This document shows positions 16,668 through 26,567 of a stretch of DNA of 64,000 nucleotides, one piece after another. The notes below the pieces were generated by a model, which made no database searches, had not been told where the DNA came from, and was given only the letters and a program-made list of their open reading frames with translations. Each line of letters opens with the position of its first letter. The first letter of the stretch is position 1. This DNA is from Candidatus Babeliales bacterium (GTDB lineage: Bacteria; Babelota; Babeliae; Babelales; JANWKD01): contig CAVXJH010000006.1 in NCBI GenBank assembly GCA_963762115.1, positions 384,001 through 448,000 of the forward strand. Direction: 5' to 3'. The position numbers were made by a program, and so were the translations under genes.

Positions 16668-19361
16668 TTAACTGATTATACAGCGTTCTTTTTTTTCTAA
16701 TAAATCGAGTGCTTCTTTATTGTTATTTTCTAATAAATCAAGTGCTTTTTTATTCCCGGCCTTTATTGCCCATCCATGAATTTTATGTTTGCTTTCTTCA
16801 TCAAGATTTGGATGATGGGAGAGAATGCATTTGAGAATTTCAATACATTTAATATCTTCGGTTACCCATTGAAGTATTGTTATAGAGGTATTCGCTTTGT
16901 ATGGAACGTTTACATTGGCGCCAGCTTCAATCAATAATTGAGCAACTGGGAGTTTTTTTCTCCAATATATGGCGTGCATTAGAGGGCTTATTCCCCTATT
17001 ATCAGGTGTATTGATATCAGCGCCTTTGGCAATTAGCAATTGTGCAATTGTGTTTTTTTCTCTGTCTATAGCATATATTAAAGGTGTTATTCCGTGGTTA
17101 TCAGGCGTATGAATGTCAACGCCGTTTGTAATTAACAATTGAGCAATTGTAGTGTTTTCTCCCCAGTATAATATGGCGAACATTAAAGGAGTTATTCCGT
17201 TATTATCAGCCGTATGGATATCAGCGCCTTTAGTAATTAACAATTGAGCAATTGTATTTCTTTCTCTGTCTATAGCATACATTAGAGGAGCTCTTCCCTT
17301 GTTATCAGGCATACGGATATCTGCGCCTTTGGCAACTAGCAATTGAGTAATTGAAAGATCTCCTTGGTCGATGGCGTGTATTAGAGGAGTTCTTCCATTA
17401 TTATTAGCTTTATGAATATTAGCACCTTTGGCAATTAGCAATTGAGCAATTGAGAGATTTCCTTTGTTTATAGCGTATATTAGAGGAGTTCTTTCTTCGT
17501 TATCATGCATATGAATATCAGCGCCTTTGGCAATTAGCAATTGAGCAATTGAGAGATCTTTATTTGTAGAGGCACACATTAGAGGAGTTCTTCCTTCATT
17601 ATCATGCATATGAATATCAGCGCCTTTGGAGATTAGCAATTGAGCAATTATGGGATTTTCATCGTCTATGGCGTGTATTAGAGGAGTTCTGCCCTTGTTG
17701 TCAGGCATATGGATATCAGCACCTTTGGCGATTAACAATTGAGCAATTGAGAGATCTGTACTATTCATAGCGTACATTAGAGGAGTTCTTCCATTTTTAT
17801 CAGGGGTATGGATATTAGCGCCTTTGGCAATTAGCAATTGAATAATTGAAAGATCTCTTTTGCCTATGGCGTGTATTAAAGGTGTTCTTCCATTATTATC
17901 AGCTTTATGAATATCAGCGCCTTTGGCAATTAGCAATTGAATAATTGAGAGATTTCCTTGGTCTATGGCGTGTATTAAAGGTGTTCTTCCATTATTATCA
18001 GCTTTATGAATATCAGCGCCTTTGGCAATTAATAATTGTGGAATATGTGCAATATGCGAAAAGTGGCTAAGGTTGATTGTGGTTATCAATGGTGTATAGC
18101 TAAATAATTGATCGGTTTTATTAATATTAGCATAGCCTGTTTTCAATAACCATTGAACAATTTTAGGATTAATATTTAAAGTTCTGCAAGAGGTGTGTTG
18201 AGTAAATACCGTGTCAGTCAAAATAAGAATGCTTGTCTCATGATCATGAACTGCAAGATTAATATCAATCCCATGTAAAATTGCATCTTGGATTGTATCA
18301 AGATCATTACTTTCAAATGCTTTTATAAGTTTGCTTGAAAGATCAGAATTTTCGTCAAAGTAGTAGTTTGATGTTTCTTTGATAGTAATATTTTTATTTT
18401 GGGCTACAGATCTTAAAAACTTTACTATTGCTTGATTAATTTTATGAACTGGATTTAGAGGGCTAGTTTCTATTGATTCATCTTCAATAATTGCACCAAG
18501 ATTGACTAATTTTTTAATCAAATCAAAGTTATCTTTTTCGGCAGCATAAACCAAGGGAGTTTTCTTGTAGCGATCGCAAGCATTAATCAATGCCCCTTTG
18601 TTAATTAAATAATCAATTATTTCAAAACAATTAAAACTTATCGCATACATTAAGGGTGTTATTTGATCATTATTGCATGCATTTGGATTAGCGCCATAAG
18701 CAAGTAACAATTTAACAAGTTCAAAATTCTTAATTGCAATCGCATGCATTAACAATGTTAAACCATCTTTACAACGTATATCAATACCGGTAATAGTATT
18801 AGTTAATAAAAATTGAATAGCTTTTTCTAAGTCGATATTCTCTTTGCACAAAATATCATAGGCTGTTTTAAAATTTCTATCCCTTAATGCAATAACAATT
18901 TTTTTAAGACTAATATTGTTTTTATTTGATTGTTGATTCCCAGCAGGCGCAACAGATTGTCCTTCTGAAGTAAACTGTGTACCCTCTGCAAGAGCACCAT
19001 CAAACTCTTCATCTGAATATTCTAAATCAGGCATTTCTTCCTGAGTTAGTTCTCCTTGAATTTTTTCTTTACCATCTTTAATACCACTTCGAGCACCATT
19101 ATCTATCAAATAATTAACAATTTTGAAGTCGCCACTCTTTTGGCACATTTGAATTGCTTTCAAAAGAGCAGTTGACCAATCCAAGTCTTGCTCATTAATA
19201 TCGGCACCGGATTTAACAATCGCTTGAACAAGATCAAAATCATTCTGCCGAACAGCAGAAATTAATGGTGTTGTCTCACTATTATCAGCTTCCATGGCCA
19301 AAATGGGCGAAAGATTAGCGATAGTGAGAAAAATGGTTAAGAAAATAATATGTTTTTTCAT
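16668..19361 (-). CDS. Secreted ankyrin-repeat protein (ILA-ME motif) ending in CaaX (CIIS)
   Basis: MKKHIIFLTIFLTIANLSPILA-ME after AGGAG; many TPL..A..LL..GA repeats; terminal KKERCIIS*. Confidence 0.92.
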   Translation of the reverse strand: MKKHIIFLTIFLTIANLSPILAMEADNSETTPLISAVRQNDFDLVQAIVKSGADINEQDLDWSTALLKAIQMCQKSGDFKIVNYLIDNGARSGIKDGKEKIQGELTQEEMPDLEYSDEEFDGALAEGTQFTSEGQSVAPAGNQQSNKNNISLKKIVIALRDRNFKTAYDILCKENIDLEKAIQFLLTNTITGIDIRCKDGLTLLMHAIAIKNFELVKLLLAYGANPNACNNDQITPLMYAISFNCFEIIDYLINKGALINACDRYKKTPLVYAAEKDNFDLIKKLVNLGAIIEDESIETSPLNPVHKINQAIVKFLRSVAQNKNITIKETSNYYFDENSDLSSKLIKAFESNDLDTIQDAILHGIDINLAVHDHETSILILTDTVFTQHTSCRTLNINPKIVQWLLKTGYANINKTDQLFSYTPLITTINLSHFSHIAHIPQLLIAKGADIHKADNNGRTPLIHAIDQGNLSIIQLLIAKGADIHKADNNGRTPLIHAIGKRDLSIIQLLIAKGANIHTPDKNGRTPLMYAMNSTDLSIAQLLIAKGADIHMPDNKGRTPLIHAIDDENPIIAQLLISKGADIHMHDNEGRTPLMCASTNKDLSIAQLLIAKGADIHMHDNEERTPLIYAINKGNLSIAQLLIAKGANIHKANNNGRTPLIHAIDQGDLSITQLLVAKGADIRMPDNKGRAPLMYAIDRERNTIAQLLITKGADIHTADNNGITPLMFAILYWGENTTIAQLLITNGVDIHTPDNHGITPLIYAIDREKNTIAQLLIAKGADINTPDNRGISPLMHAIYWRKKLPVAQLLIEAGANVNVPYKANTSITILQWVTEDIKCIEILKCILSHHPNLDEESKHKIHGWAIKAGNKKALDLLENNNKEALDLLEKKERCIIS
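16905..18045 (-). repeat. Tandem ~99-bp ankyrin-coding repeats (11-12 units)
   Basis: Recurring GCGCCTTTGGCAATTAGCAATTGAGCAATT at ~99-bp period; the first two units are nearly identical at DNA level. Confidence 0.9.
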
Positions 19362-20143
19362 GGGGGGTTCTCCTTGTTTTTGAACCTGAAAAATAGTAAA
19401 AATATCAATTTTAATATAATTAAATGATAGCATATATATAAAAAATAGCAAGTAGTTAATTTCCTAATTGAAAATAAATCAAGTTGAGTTTTGTGATAAT
19501 AATTTAGAAAGGTTATTTTCCTATGTTTTTTTGAGAAAAAAATCTTAAGGTTAATAACAAGGAAGCAAATGAAGGTAAAAAATTCAATTAGTTAAAAATA
19601 TATAATATTTCATTATGCATATTGATTATATTTTTATATATTTTATACTTATTATTGTCTGATATTGTTAGTTTTTCAGTGTAAGAAGGAAATGCTCGTG
19701 AAAAAATCTATTTTATATGCCTTAATTTTTGGTTTTTGTGTTGGAAATGTGCTCAATGTTTGTGCAATGGAAGAAAAATCAACGGAGACTCTCAATCAAA
19801 AAGAAGCTCCTGAAATAACTGTTGAGGTTGGTTTGGAAAGCCTTGACAGTAAATGGTTTTTTGAAAATCAAAAAAATAAGGATTTTGGTGCTGCGCGAGG
19901 TTCTGTTAGAGCTTTAAATGCTATAAAAAAATATGACAATAACGCGAAATCTGAATATGAGCTTTATCCAAATTCTATTCCAAAGTACAGAGCGCTTAGG
20001 GGAAAATTATGCAGAAAACAAAAAGTATTTGATGCATTTTTTAACATACAAGTTCGAGATGTTCCAGAAGAAAAAAAAGTGATTGCAGCTGGTAGTGCTA
20101 AAATAAAAGAGCGTAGAATAGAATGGGATGCAACTGAATTTAT

Positions 20144-20711
20144 TTCGTATGACAGAAAACCCCAGGGTTTTAAACCTGGGGATGAATGTCATCAAATGCG
20201 CGAGCGAAGCAAAAATGTAAATTTTTGCGAAGTGAGGTTAGTTTTGTCATACTAATTGACATGACAAAGAAATATTGGCACGGAGCGCATACAACTCATA
20301 GGCATATGTATCATATAGTTTGGTTACCTAAATATAGAAAAAAAGTATTAGAAGGCAAAGTTAAGAGCAGGTTAGAAGAACTTTTGCGAGAATGTGCGGA
20401 AATTAATGCATGGGAAATTCAAGAACTAAATATTCAGATAGACCATGTGCATCTTGTAATACAATTACCACCAAGTGTGAGTGTGAGCAAGGCCGTTCAA
20501 TTACTCAAGGGAATTTCAAGTAAAATGCTCAGAGCTGAATTACCTGAAATAAAGAAATTTTTGTGGGGTAACGATTTTTGGGCAGATGGATATTTCTCTG
20601 AAACATTTGGACAATGTTCAGAAGAGACAATTCTCAATTATGTTAGAAATCAATAAAAAGCTTTCATCTCGTGCTTCTAAATCCACGGCTTTTAAGCCGT
20701 GTGTTGTTTAA
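20144..20711 (+). mobile_element. IS200/IS605-family element, tnpA only, 568 bp
   Basis: Left hairpin CCCCAGG...CCTGGGG preceded by AAAA; right hairpin CACGGC...GCCGTG preceded by AAAT; inferred target TTAT and right end TTAA; no TSD. Confidence 0.85.
20261..20656 (+). CDS. tnpA: Y1 HUH transposase TnpA
   Basis: YHIVWLPKYRKKVL, DHVHL (HUH), FWADGYF, ILNYVRNQ (catalytic Tyr). Confidence 0.95.
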   Translation: MTKKYWHGAHTTHRHMYHIVWLPKYRKKVLEGKVKSRLEELLRECAEINAWEIQELNIQIDHVHLVIQLPPSVSVSKAVQLLKGISSKMLRAELPEIKKFLWGNDFWADGYFSETFGQCSEETILNYVRNQ

Positions 20712-20951
20712 TGATGCAATTCTTGAAGAGTTTGTTCTTACTGAAGCATATGAAAAAGGCTTTGATGAGCTTGCAAAAACAGCTCATGCTAAAGAAGTTC
20801 TTGCTGCTGAGCGCAAGCGTAGAGGTTTTTTTAATAAAGATACTTTGATTGGTATAGGTATTGGAGCAACTCCAATGGCAGTAGCAGGGTGCTATTATGC
20901 AGCGAGATATTTTAGGGCGAAGTAAATAAGTTAATTTTTAGAAAATTTATT

Positions 20952-20992
20952 AAGGCGGATAAGGAAAAATGTTCTTTATCCGCCTTTTTTTT
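20952..20992. terminator. Intrinsic terminator
   Basis: AAGGCGGATAAG...TTTATCCGCCTT followed by a T-tract, between convergent genes. Confidence 0.8.
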
Positions 20993-20995
20993 GCG

Positions 20996-22204
20996 TCATT
21001 CAATATGATAAATTCTATGCTTCCCAACTTTCACATGCATGCCAGATTTCCAAGAAATCATTGCTTTGAAATCAGTTATTTTTTGATCATCAATGGCAAC
21101 AGCGCCAGCTTCAAGTAATCGTTTAGCTTCCGAAGAAGTTTGTAGGGCGCCGAGCAGTTTTAAAAAATCAACTATCCAGATTGGATTGGCTGTTTCTTTT
21201 GGTAACGTTACCGGTGTTGCTTGTGAATAATCTTTTTTCTGAAATACTGCTTCAAATTGCTCTTGCGCGATATCAGCATCAACAGGGGACCAGAATTTGG
21301 CAATAATAGCATGTGCCATTTCTTTTTTGAGTTCCATAGGATGAGCGGTTCCTGAAGCAACTCGTTCCTGTAAGCTACTAATTTCTTGTTTGTTTTTACG
21401 CAATAAGAGCGCAAAATAACGCCACATAAGTGTATCGGAAATCGACATCAGTTTGCCATATGCTTGCGGCGCAGGTTCAGCGAGCCCAATATAATTGCCG
21501 AGTGATTTGGACATTTTTGCAACGCCATCAAGACCTTCTAAAAGTGGCATAGTGATGACAATTTGTGGTTCTTGGCCATAATGCTGTTGCAGTTCTCTAC
21601 CCATTAATAAATTGAAAGTTTGATCAGTGCCACCAATTTCAACATCAGCGTTAAGGGCAACTGAATCATATCCTTGAAAGAGAGGGTATAAGAGTTCGTG
21701 AAAACTAATTGGCTGTTGTTTTTCAAGGCGATTTTTAAAATCTTCTCGTTCAATAAGACGCGCGACGGTTGTTTTTGCACATAACTCTATGATTTGTTGC
21801 GCAGTTAAATGACCCAGAAGCTCAGAGTTGAAACGAATTTTGACCAAAGCAGGATCAAGAATTTTGCTTACTTGCTCAAAATAGGTCGCCGTATTTTCGG
21901 CAATTTGTGCTTGCGTGAGTGGCGGTCTTGTTTTTGATTTTCCCGTGGGGTCGCCTATTTTGGCGGTGAAATCGCCAATTAAGAAAATAACTTCATGACC
22001 TAAATCTTGAAAGTCTTTTAATTTTGATAATACAACAGCATGACCCAAATGCAAATCGGGTGCTGTTGGATCAGCGCCTAATTTTATTTTTAAAGGTTTT
22101 CCACGCGCAAGGCGTTTTGCTAATTCTTCTTGATTAATAACGAGTTCTGCGCCTTCTTGAATGCGTTCAAGAGCAGCCGCACTCGTTGAGTTTAAGGTTT
22201 TCAT
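20996..22204 (-). CDS. tyrS: Tyrosine--tRNA ligase
   Basis: [27 protein letters not shown]-terminal S4 domain. Confidence 0.97.
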   Translation of the reverse strand: MKTLNSTSAAALERIQEGAELVINQEELAKRLARGKPLKIKLGADPTAPDLHLGHAVVLSKLKDFQDLGHEVIFLIGDFTAKIGDPTGKSKTRPPLTQAQIAENTATYFEQVSKILDPALVKIRFNSELLGHLTAQQIIELCAKTTVARLIEREDFKNRLEKQQPISFHELLYPLFQGYDSVALNADVEIGGTDQTFNLLMGRELQQHYGQEPQIVITMPLLEGLDGVAKMSKSLGNYIGLAEPAPQAYGKLMSISDTLMWRYFALLLRKNKQEISSLQERVASGTAHPMELKKEMAHAIIAKFWSPVDADIAQEQFEAVFQKKDYSQATPVTLPKETANPIWIVDFLKLLGALQTSSEAKRLLEAGAVAIDDQKITDFKAMISWKSGMHVKVGKHRIYHIE

Positions 22205-22911
22205 ACAAATGTTCCGCCAAGTAAACGAGTGAGATGGTAAGCAAGGACAATAATGATATCAACGGCTTTGTGGCGTAAAGGATCAGCCAAAAACACAATG
22301 AGCAGAATAGGTATGAAAAATTCTAAATACCCTGCACCCAAACTTTCTTGAAAGAAAAAGAGAATTATCAAACGTACTGTGTTAACAATGAGATTTAGTA
22401 CGGCAAGTAATACACAAAGATAGATGATTGCAGCCAAAATAATGGCAAGAGTTAGGGCAAATGAAGATTTATCAGGATAATATTGTGCCAAAATAGGCAG
22501 GGCAATATGTTGATAAAAAATCATGGGTTTTACCAGCTCAAGCATAGTCAAGCCGAATGATTTTAATAAGATAACCAAAGCAAGTAATGCTAAAACCAAT
22601 CGAGCAAAGGTGTCGGAAAAATAAGCAATGGTAATTTTTAATTTTTGAAATGGTTCGTGAATATTAAGGTGATTAATCGGTATATAACGCCCCCAACCAA
22701 AATTATAAAGAATGAGAAAGATTACGCCGACAAAATCGATATGCACTAAGGGGTTGAGGCTTAGGTAGCCATTGCGTTCAGGACCATCATCACCCATTTT
22801 TTTTGCTACCCAAGCACGAAAAAAACCGCAGCTTGTTTCAGTAATAATATAGGCAATAAACATGGTGACAAGACTCATGAAAAATTCTATGCTTCTTAAA
22901 TTTATGTTCAT
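22201..22911 (-). CDS. Site-2-protease (M50)-like membrane protein lacking catalytic motifs
   Basis: [27 protein letters not shown] pattern retained; HExxH and NxxPxxxLDG absent. Confidence 0.65.
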   Translation of the reverse strand: MNINLRSIEFFMSLVTMFIAYIITETSCGFFRAWVAKKMGDDGPERNGYLSLNPLVHIDFVGVIFLILYNFGWGRYIPINHLNIHEPFQKLKITIAYFSDTFARLVLALLALVILLKSFGLTMLELVKPMIFYQHIALPILAQYYPDKSSFALTLAIILAAIIYLCVLLAVLNLIVNTVRLIILFFFQESLGAGYLEFFIPILLIVFLADPLRHKAVDIIIVLAYHLTRLLGGTFV

Positions 22912-23103
22912 CTGAGTGTCCTAAAATTCATATATATTTTTCTTAAATTTACCATTTTATTAATACTCTTGTAGTCTAGACCATTCAATAAAAGGGGTCA
23001 AACCTTTGCATGAACGGACAATTCTTTCACTCGACAAAATTAGATGATGCAGTAGAATGTCAATCAAAAAAGAATAGTACCTATGTTGCTAAAGGAAAGT
23101 AGT

Positions 23104-25377
23104 ATGAAAAAAAATAGATTAGATAAAAGAAATAATGCATCATATCAACTTGCTATAGTTCCGTTTGATTGGTGGCAAATTTCGCTTATTCCCCTTGCTC
23201 TATTACCACTTTTAACCTTTCTTTTTTATTACCCTTCTTTGCATTATAACTTTCAGTTTGATGATTTGGCCAATATTACCAAGTTTTTCAATATTCGACA
23301 TGCTACTTTCAGCGGCCTGTTTTTTTCAGGAACACGTTGGATTAGTTATTGGATTAACACGATTCATTATTCGTTAGGAAAGTTTGATCCGTTTACTTAT
23401 CGTTTTGGCAATGTTACTTCACATACTATAACGGGCATTGTGCTTTATTATTTTTTGTTGTTGTCGCTTTCGCGAGTAAAAAATCATCTTTTTGTTTCTT
23501 CAAACGCTTTTTTAATTGCATTCACCACAGCAGCACTCTTTTTATTGCATCCGGTGCAAAGTCAAACAGTATCATATGTGATTCAAGGTCAATTGGAAGG
23601 TATTGCAACATTGTGCATTATGATAATGTCATTGAGCTTATTGCTTTTTGATCGAGCAAAAACCATGGGCAGTAAAATAGTGTTTATTGCTCTTCTTTTC
23701 ATCGTTGGCATTTTATCATGCGGCACTAAAGAAATCACTATCGTTTCTCCGGTATTATTGTTGTTAGTTGATTGGTTTTTTATTGCGCAAGGCGATATGC
23801 AATCATTGAAAAAAAGATTGTGGATTTATGGTGTTTTGACGGTGCTTGTCTTTAGTATTTATATTTACTTTCTTAAATTTGCCTTTTTTTCAAATCTTGT
23901 AACGTTGAAAATGGAAGCGCGCAATAATATTGGTAATGTGTTAACCGATAAAGCAAGTGATAAAATTTTGCCGCTTCATTTTTTTATTTCTCAATTTAAA
24001 GTGATTCTTCATTATTTATGCATGTTTTTATGGCCATTTAACATTAGTGTTGAATATGATTGGAAATTAGTTAAAAGCTTTTTTGCGAAAGATTGTATTC
24101 TTCCTCTCTTGGCATTATGTAGCATTGCCGGCGGCGTGTATTTTTTACTGAAAAAAAATGTAACATCAATTATTGCTTTTGCTTTTTTGTGGTTCATTGT
24201 TGCCATAGCGCCACGTTCATCTTTTATTCCTTCTTCGGAATTATTAACTGATTATAAAACATATTTAAGTTCTCCAGGCATTATGCTTTTGCTTGCGCTT
24301 GCTTTGGTAAAATTGCTTACTCTGCTTTTTTCCTATGAAAAATTGCCACCGTTTATTATCACCTATCGTCATCAGTTTCGCTTAGGCGTATTGATGATTT
24401 GTTTGTTTTGTATTGGTTTTTTGGTGTATCAACGTAACAAAGTGTGGCGTTCTGGTGAAGAATTTTGGTTTAATATTATTCAAAATGCACCGGGCAAAGC
24501 GCGAGCGTATAACAATTATGCAGTCGCGCTTTCTGAAAAAGGTTTGTATAAAGAGTCTATACCGTATTATGAAAAAGCCATTGCAATGGATGCCCATTAT
24601 CCAGATCCTTTGAATAATTTGGCAGTTGCGCATTCATTTATGGGTAATATGGATCATGCCATTGCTGCCTTGCAACGGAGTATTACTATTCAACCCCATT
24701 ATCCTGAAGCATATAATAATCTTGCTTCCTTTTTAATTGTAAAAAATGATCTTGATGGTGCGGAAAAAGCATTGAATGTTGCCTTGCAATTGCGGCCATA
24801 TTATGGAAAAGCATTCTTTAATATGGGCAAAATCTGGCTGTCGCGTAATAATGCAGAAAAAGCATTAGAATGTTTTAAGAATGCTTGTTTTAAGGCAGAT
24901 CTTGATACGGCAGATGGTTTTAAAATATGCACTAAAGTAGCGCTTTCTATGAAGAAATTTGAAGATGCCATTCTTGCGGGTAAAAAGTTGTTGGAACTTG
25001 AACCTTCTGCTGAAAACTGTTTTATGTTGGCGACCGCTTATCAAATGAGTAATAAACTTGAAGATGCTAAACGGATTTGTTTGCAAGCAGCTAAGATGAA
25101 ACCTAATGATTTTGGGCTTTGGTATAATTTAGGAGAATTGTCTATTCAACTGAGTAAGCATGAAGAAGCGGTTACGTATTTTAAAAAAGCAAATCAGTTG
25201 AATCCTTCTCAGCCACAAACACCTTTTAAGATTGCGTATTGTTATGTGCAAATGCAAAAGAAAGAAGAAGCAAGAAATCAACTTCAATCTATTATTGATG
25301 GTTCAATTTTTAATGAGCAAATTAAAGGATTAGCGCGACATGAACTCACGCAGCTTGGAAAAGTCGTTTCTGTTTAA
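23104..25377 (+). CDS. Multi-TM plus TPR protein, TMTC-like putative GT-C glycosyltransferase
   Basis: FQFDD acidic motif after TM1, LFLLHPVQ, KE motif, RNKVW, then several TPRs (ARAYNNYA, PEAYNNLA). Confidence 0.75.
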   Translation: MKKNRLDKRNNASYQLAIVPFDWWQISLIPLALLPLLTFLFYYPSLHYNFQFDDLANITKFFNIRHATFSGLFFSGTRWISYWINTIHYSLGKFDPFTYRFGNVTSHTITGIVLYYFLLLSLSRVKNHLFVSSNAFLIAFTTAALFLLHPVQSQTVSYVIQGQLEGIATLCIMIMSLSLLLFDRAKTMGSKIVFIALLFIVGILSCGTKEITIVSPVLLLLVDWFFIAQGDMQSLKKRLWIYGVLTVLVFSIYIYFLKFAFFSNLVTLKMEARNNIGNVLTDKASDKILPLHFFISQFKVILHYLCMFLWPFNISVEYDWKLVKSFFAKDCILPLLALCSIAGGVYFLLKKNVTSIIAFAFLWFIVAIAPRSSFIPSSELLTDYKTYLSSPGIMLLLALALVKLLTLLFSYEKLPPFIITYRHQFRLGVLMICLFCIGFLVYQRNKVWRSGEEFWFNIIQNAPGKARAYNNYAVALSEKGLYKESIPYYEKAIAMDAHYPDPLNNLAVAHSFMGNMDHAIAALQRSITIQPHYPEAYNNLASFLIVKNDLDGAEKALNVALQLRPYYGKAFFNMGKIWLSRNNAEKALECFKNACFKADLDTADGFKICTKVALSMKKFEDAILAGKKLLELEPSAENCFMLATAYQMSNKLEDAKRICLQAAKMKPNDFGLWYNLGELSIQLSKHEEAVTYFKKANQLNPSQPQTPFKIAYCYVQMQKKEEARNQLQSIIDGSIFNEQIKGLARHELTQLGKVVSV

Positions 25378-26446
25378 TGTTATTTTTTTTCTGACTTTTT
25401 TATATTTTTTCCCCCTACATGCGATGGAAAAACATATTTCTGGCTATTGGAGCGATGAAGCGCATGAGCAGGAATTATTGTTGCCCAAACAAGAAAAAAA
25501 GAAGAAAGAAGAAACGCAGGATGATTCAGTTATTTTTCGTAAAGGTGATTGCCTTTTAAAGAAATTAGATCCTGAAATAACGGCATATATTTTTTCGTTT
25601 TTGCCAGCTGATGGTAAAGATCTCAATACAGTAATGCGATGGGATGGCTTTCAGCCAAAAACAAATCCTGTAGAAGCTTCGCCTTTTTATGCAGTTGTAG
25701 AACGCATTAGAAATGCACATTCAAATTATATTTTTAAACGGTGTGAGCAGTCAATCAATAGGTTTGCGTATGATAGGGATTATGGAGTATTTTCTTTGAT
25801 GTGTTCTTTCATGAGAACTACTAAATATAAAGAAAATAAAAAAAATACTTTTTTCTGGTCAGATGTTCACGAGTTGAATGCATTAATATCTGATCATGTT
25901 TCTGCACAAGAGCTTGGTGCAAATGAAGAGCAATTAAAGGATGTATTGCATAGATTTGTAGCTGAAACAGAGGAGCGGTATTATACATCGATCTATTTTA
26001 ATAGCGGAAAAAAAATGCGTAGTCATGATTTTGAGCCTCGAGATATTTATCATTTTGCGCGTCAAAGGATTTTAGCAGAATTCAAAGAGCGCTTAAGGAG
26101 CAATCAGGATTGGTATGATTATGATGAAGAGATGCTTCATGGTTGCTGTGAAGGGGTAGCGCCTCGTTGGGCGTGTGGTTGTTCTCTATGTTGCCTTCTT
26201 AGTACAGGGTTGACGGCTTTTTTTTGTGGAGTGCATGCACCAATAGGATATATCGTGGGTACTGGCGCAATGAATATTGTAACTGGTTTTTGTGCAAGTG
26301 CATCTCTGGGGCGCGTGGCATGGGAAAGAAAAATATATTATGAGCAGAAACCTGGGCGAGATAAGGTTTGGCAAAGTTATCTTTTATTATCTGATGCTTG
26401 TGAAGAGCTTCAAGATATAGGGCCATTAAAAAAACTATTGATTTAA
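25340..26446 (+). CDS. Secreted orphan (LHA-ME motif) with F-box-like motif and C-terminal TM hairpin
   Basis: LLKKLDPEITAYIFSFLP..DL; Cys-rich stretch before two hydrophobic segments. Confidence 0.65.
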   Translation: MNSRSLEKSFLFNVIFFLTFLYFFPLHAMEKHISGYWSDEAHEQELLLPKQEKKKKEETQDDSVIFRKGDCLLKKLDPEITAYIFSFLPADGKDLNTVMRWDGFQPKTNPVEASPFYAVVERIRNAHSNYIFKRCEQSINRFAYDRDYGVFSLMCSFMRTTKYKENKKNTFFWSDVHELNALISDHVSAQELGANEEQLKDVLHRFVAETEERYYTSIYFNSGKKMRSHDFEPRDIYHFARQRILAEFKERLRSNQDWYDYDEEMLHGCCEGVAPRWACGCSLCCLLSTGLTAFFCGVHAPIGYIVGTGAMNIVTGFCASASLGRVAWERKIYYEQKPGRDKVWQSYLLLSDACEELQDIGPLKKLLI

Positions 26447-26567
26447 TAAAATTAATGACGAGAATTTAAATTTAAGAAAATATTTTCACGTTTTTTAATT
26501 TTGACCGCTTTCTTCTTTATCAGTAGACTAAAAATTAAAAATATTTTTAGGTAGCAAAAGAAAAATT

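Larger units (their letters stand above)
19698..20925 (+). pseudogene. Secreted orphan (VCA-ME motif, C-terminal tail anchor) interrupted by IS200
   Basis: Deleting 20144-20711 joins ...WDATEFI to DAILEEFVL...YYAARYFRAK* in frame (219 aa). Confidence 0.8.

Noticed and set aside
16905..18045. CRISPR-like regular repeats
   Set aside because: The 99-bp period is in frame within the ankyrin CDS
20657..20925. tnpB/iscB, or an independent 84-aa gene, after tnpA
   Set aside because: No RuvC or Zn-finger motifs; the sequence is the IS right end plus the 3' half of the interrupted host gene
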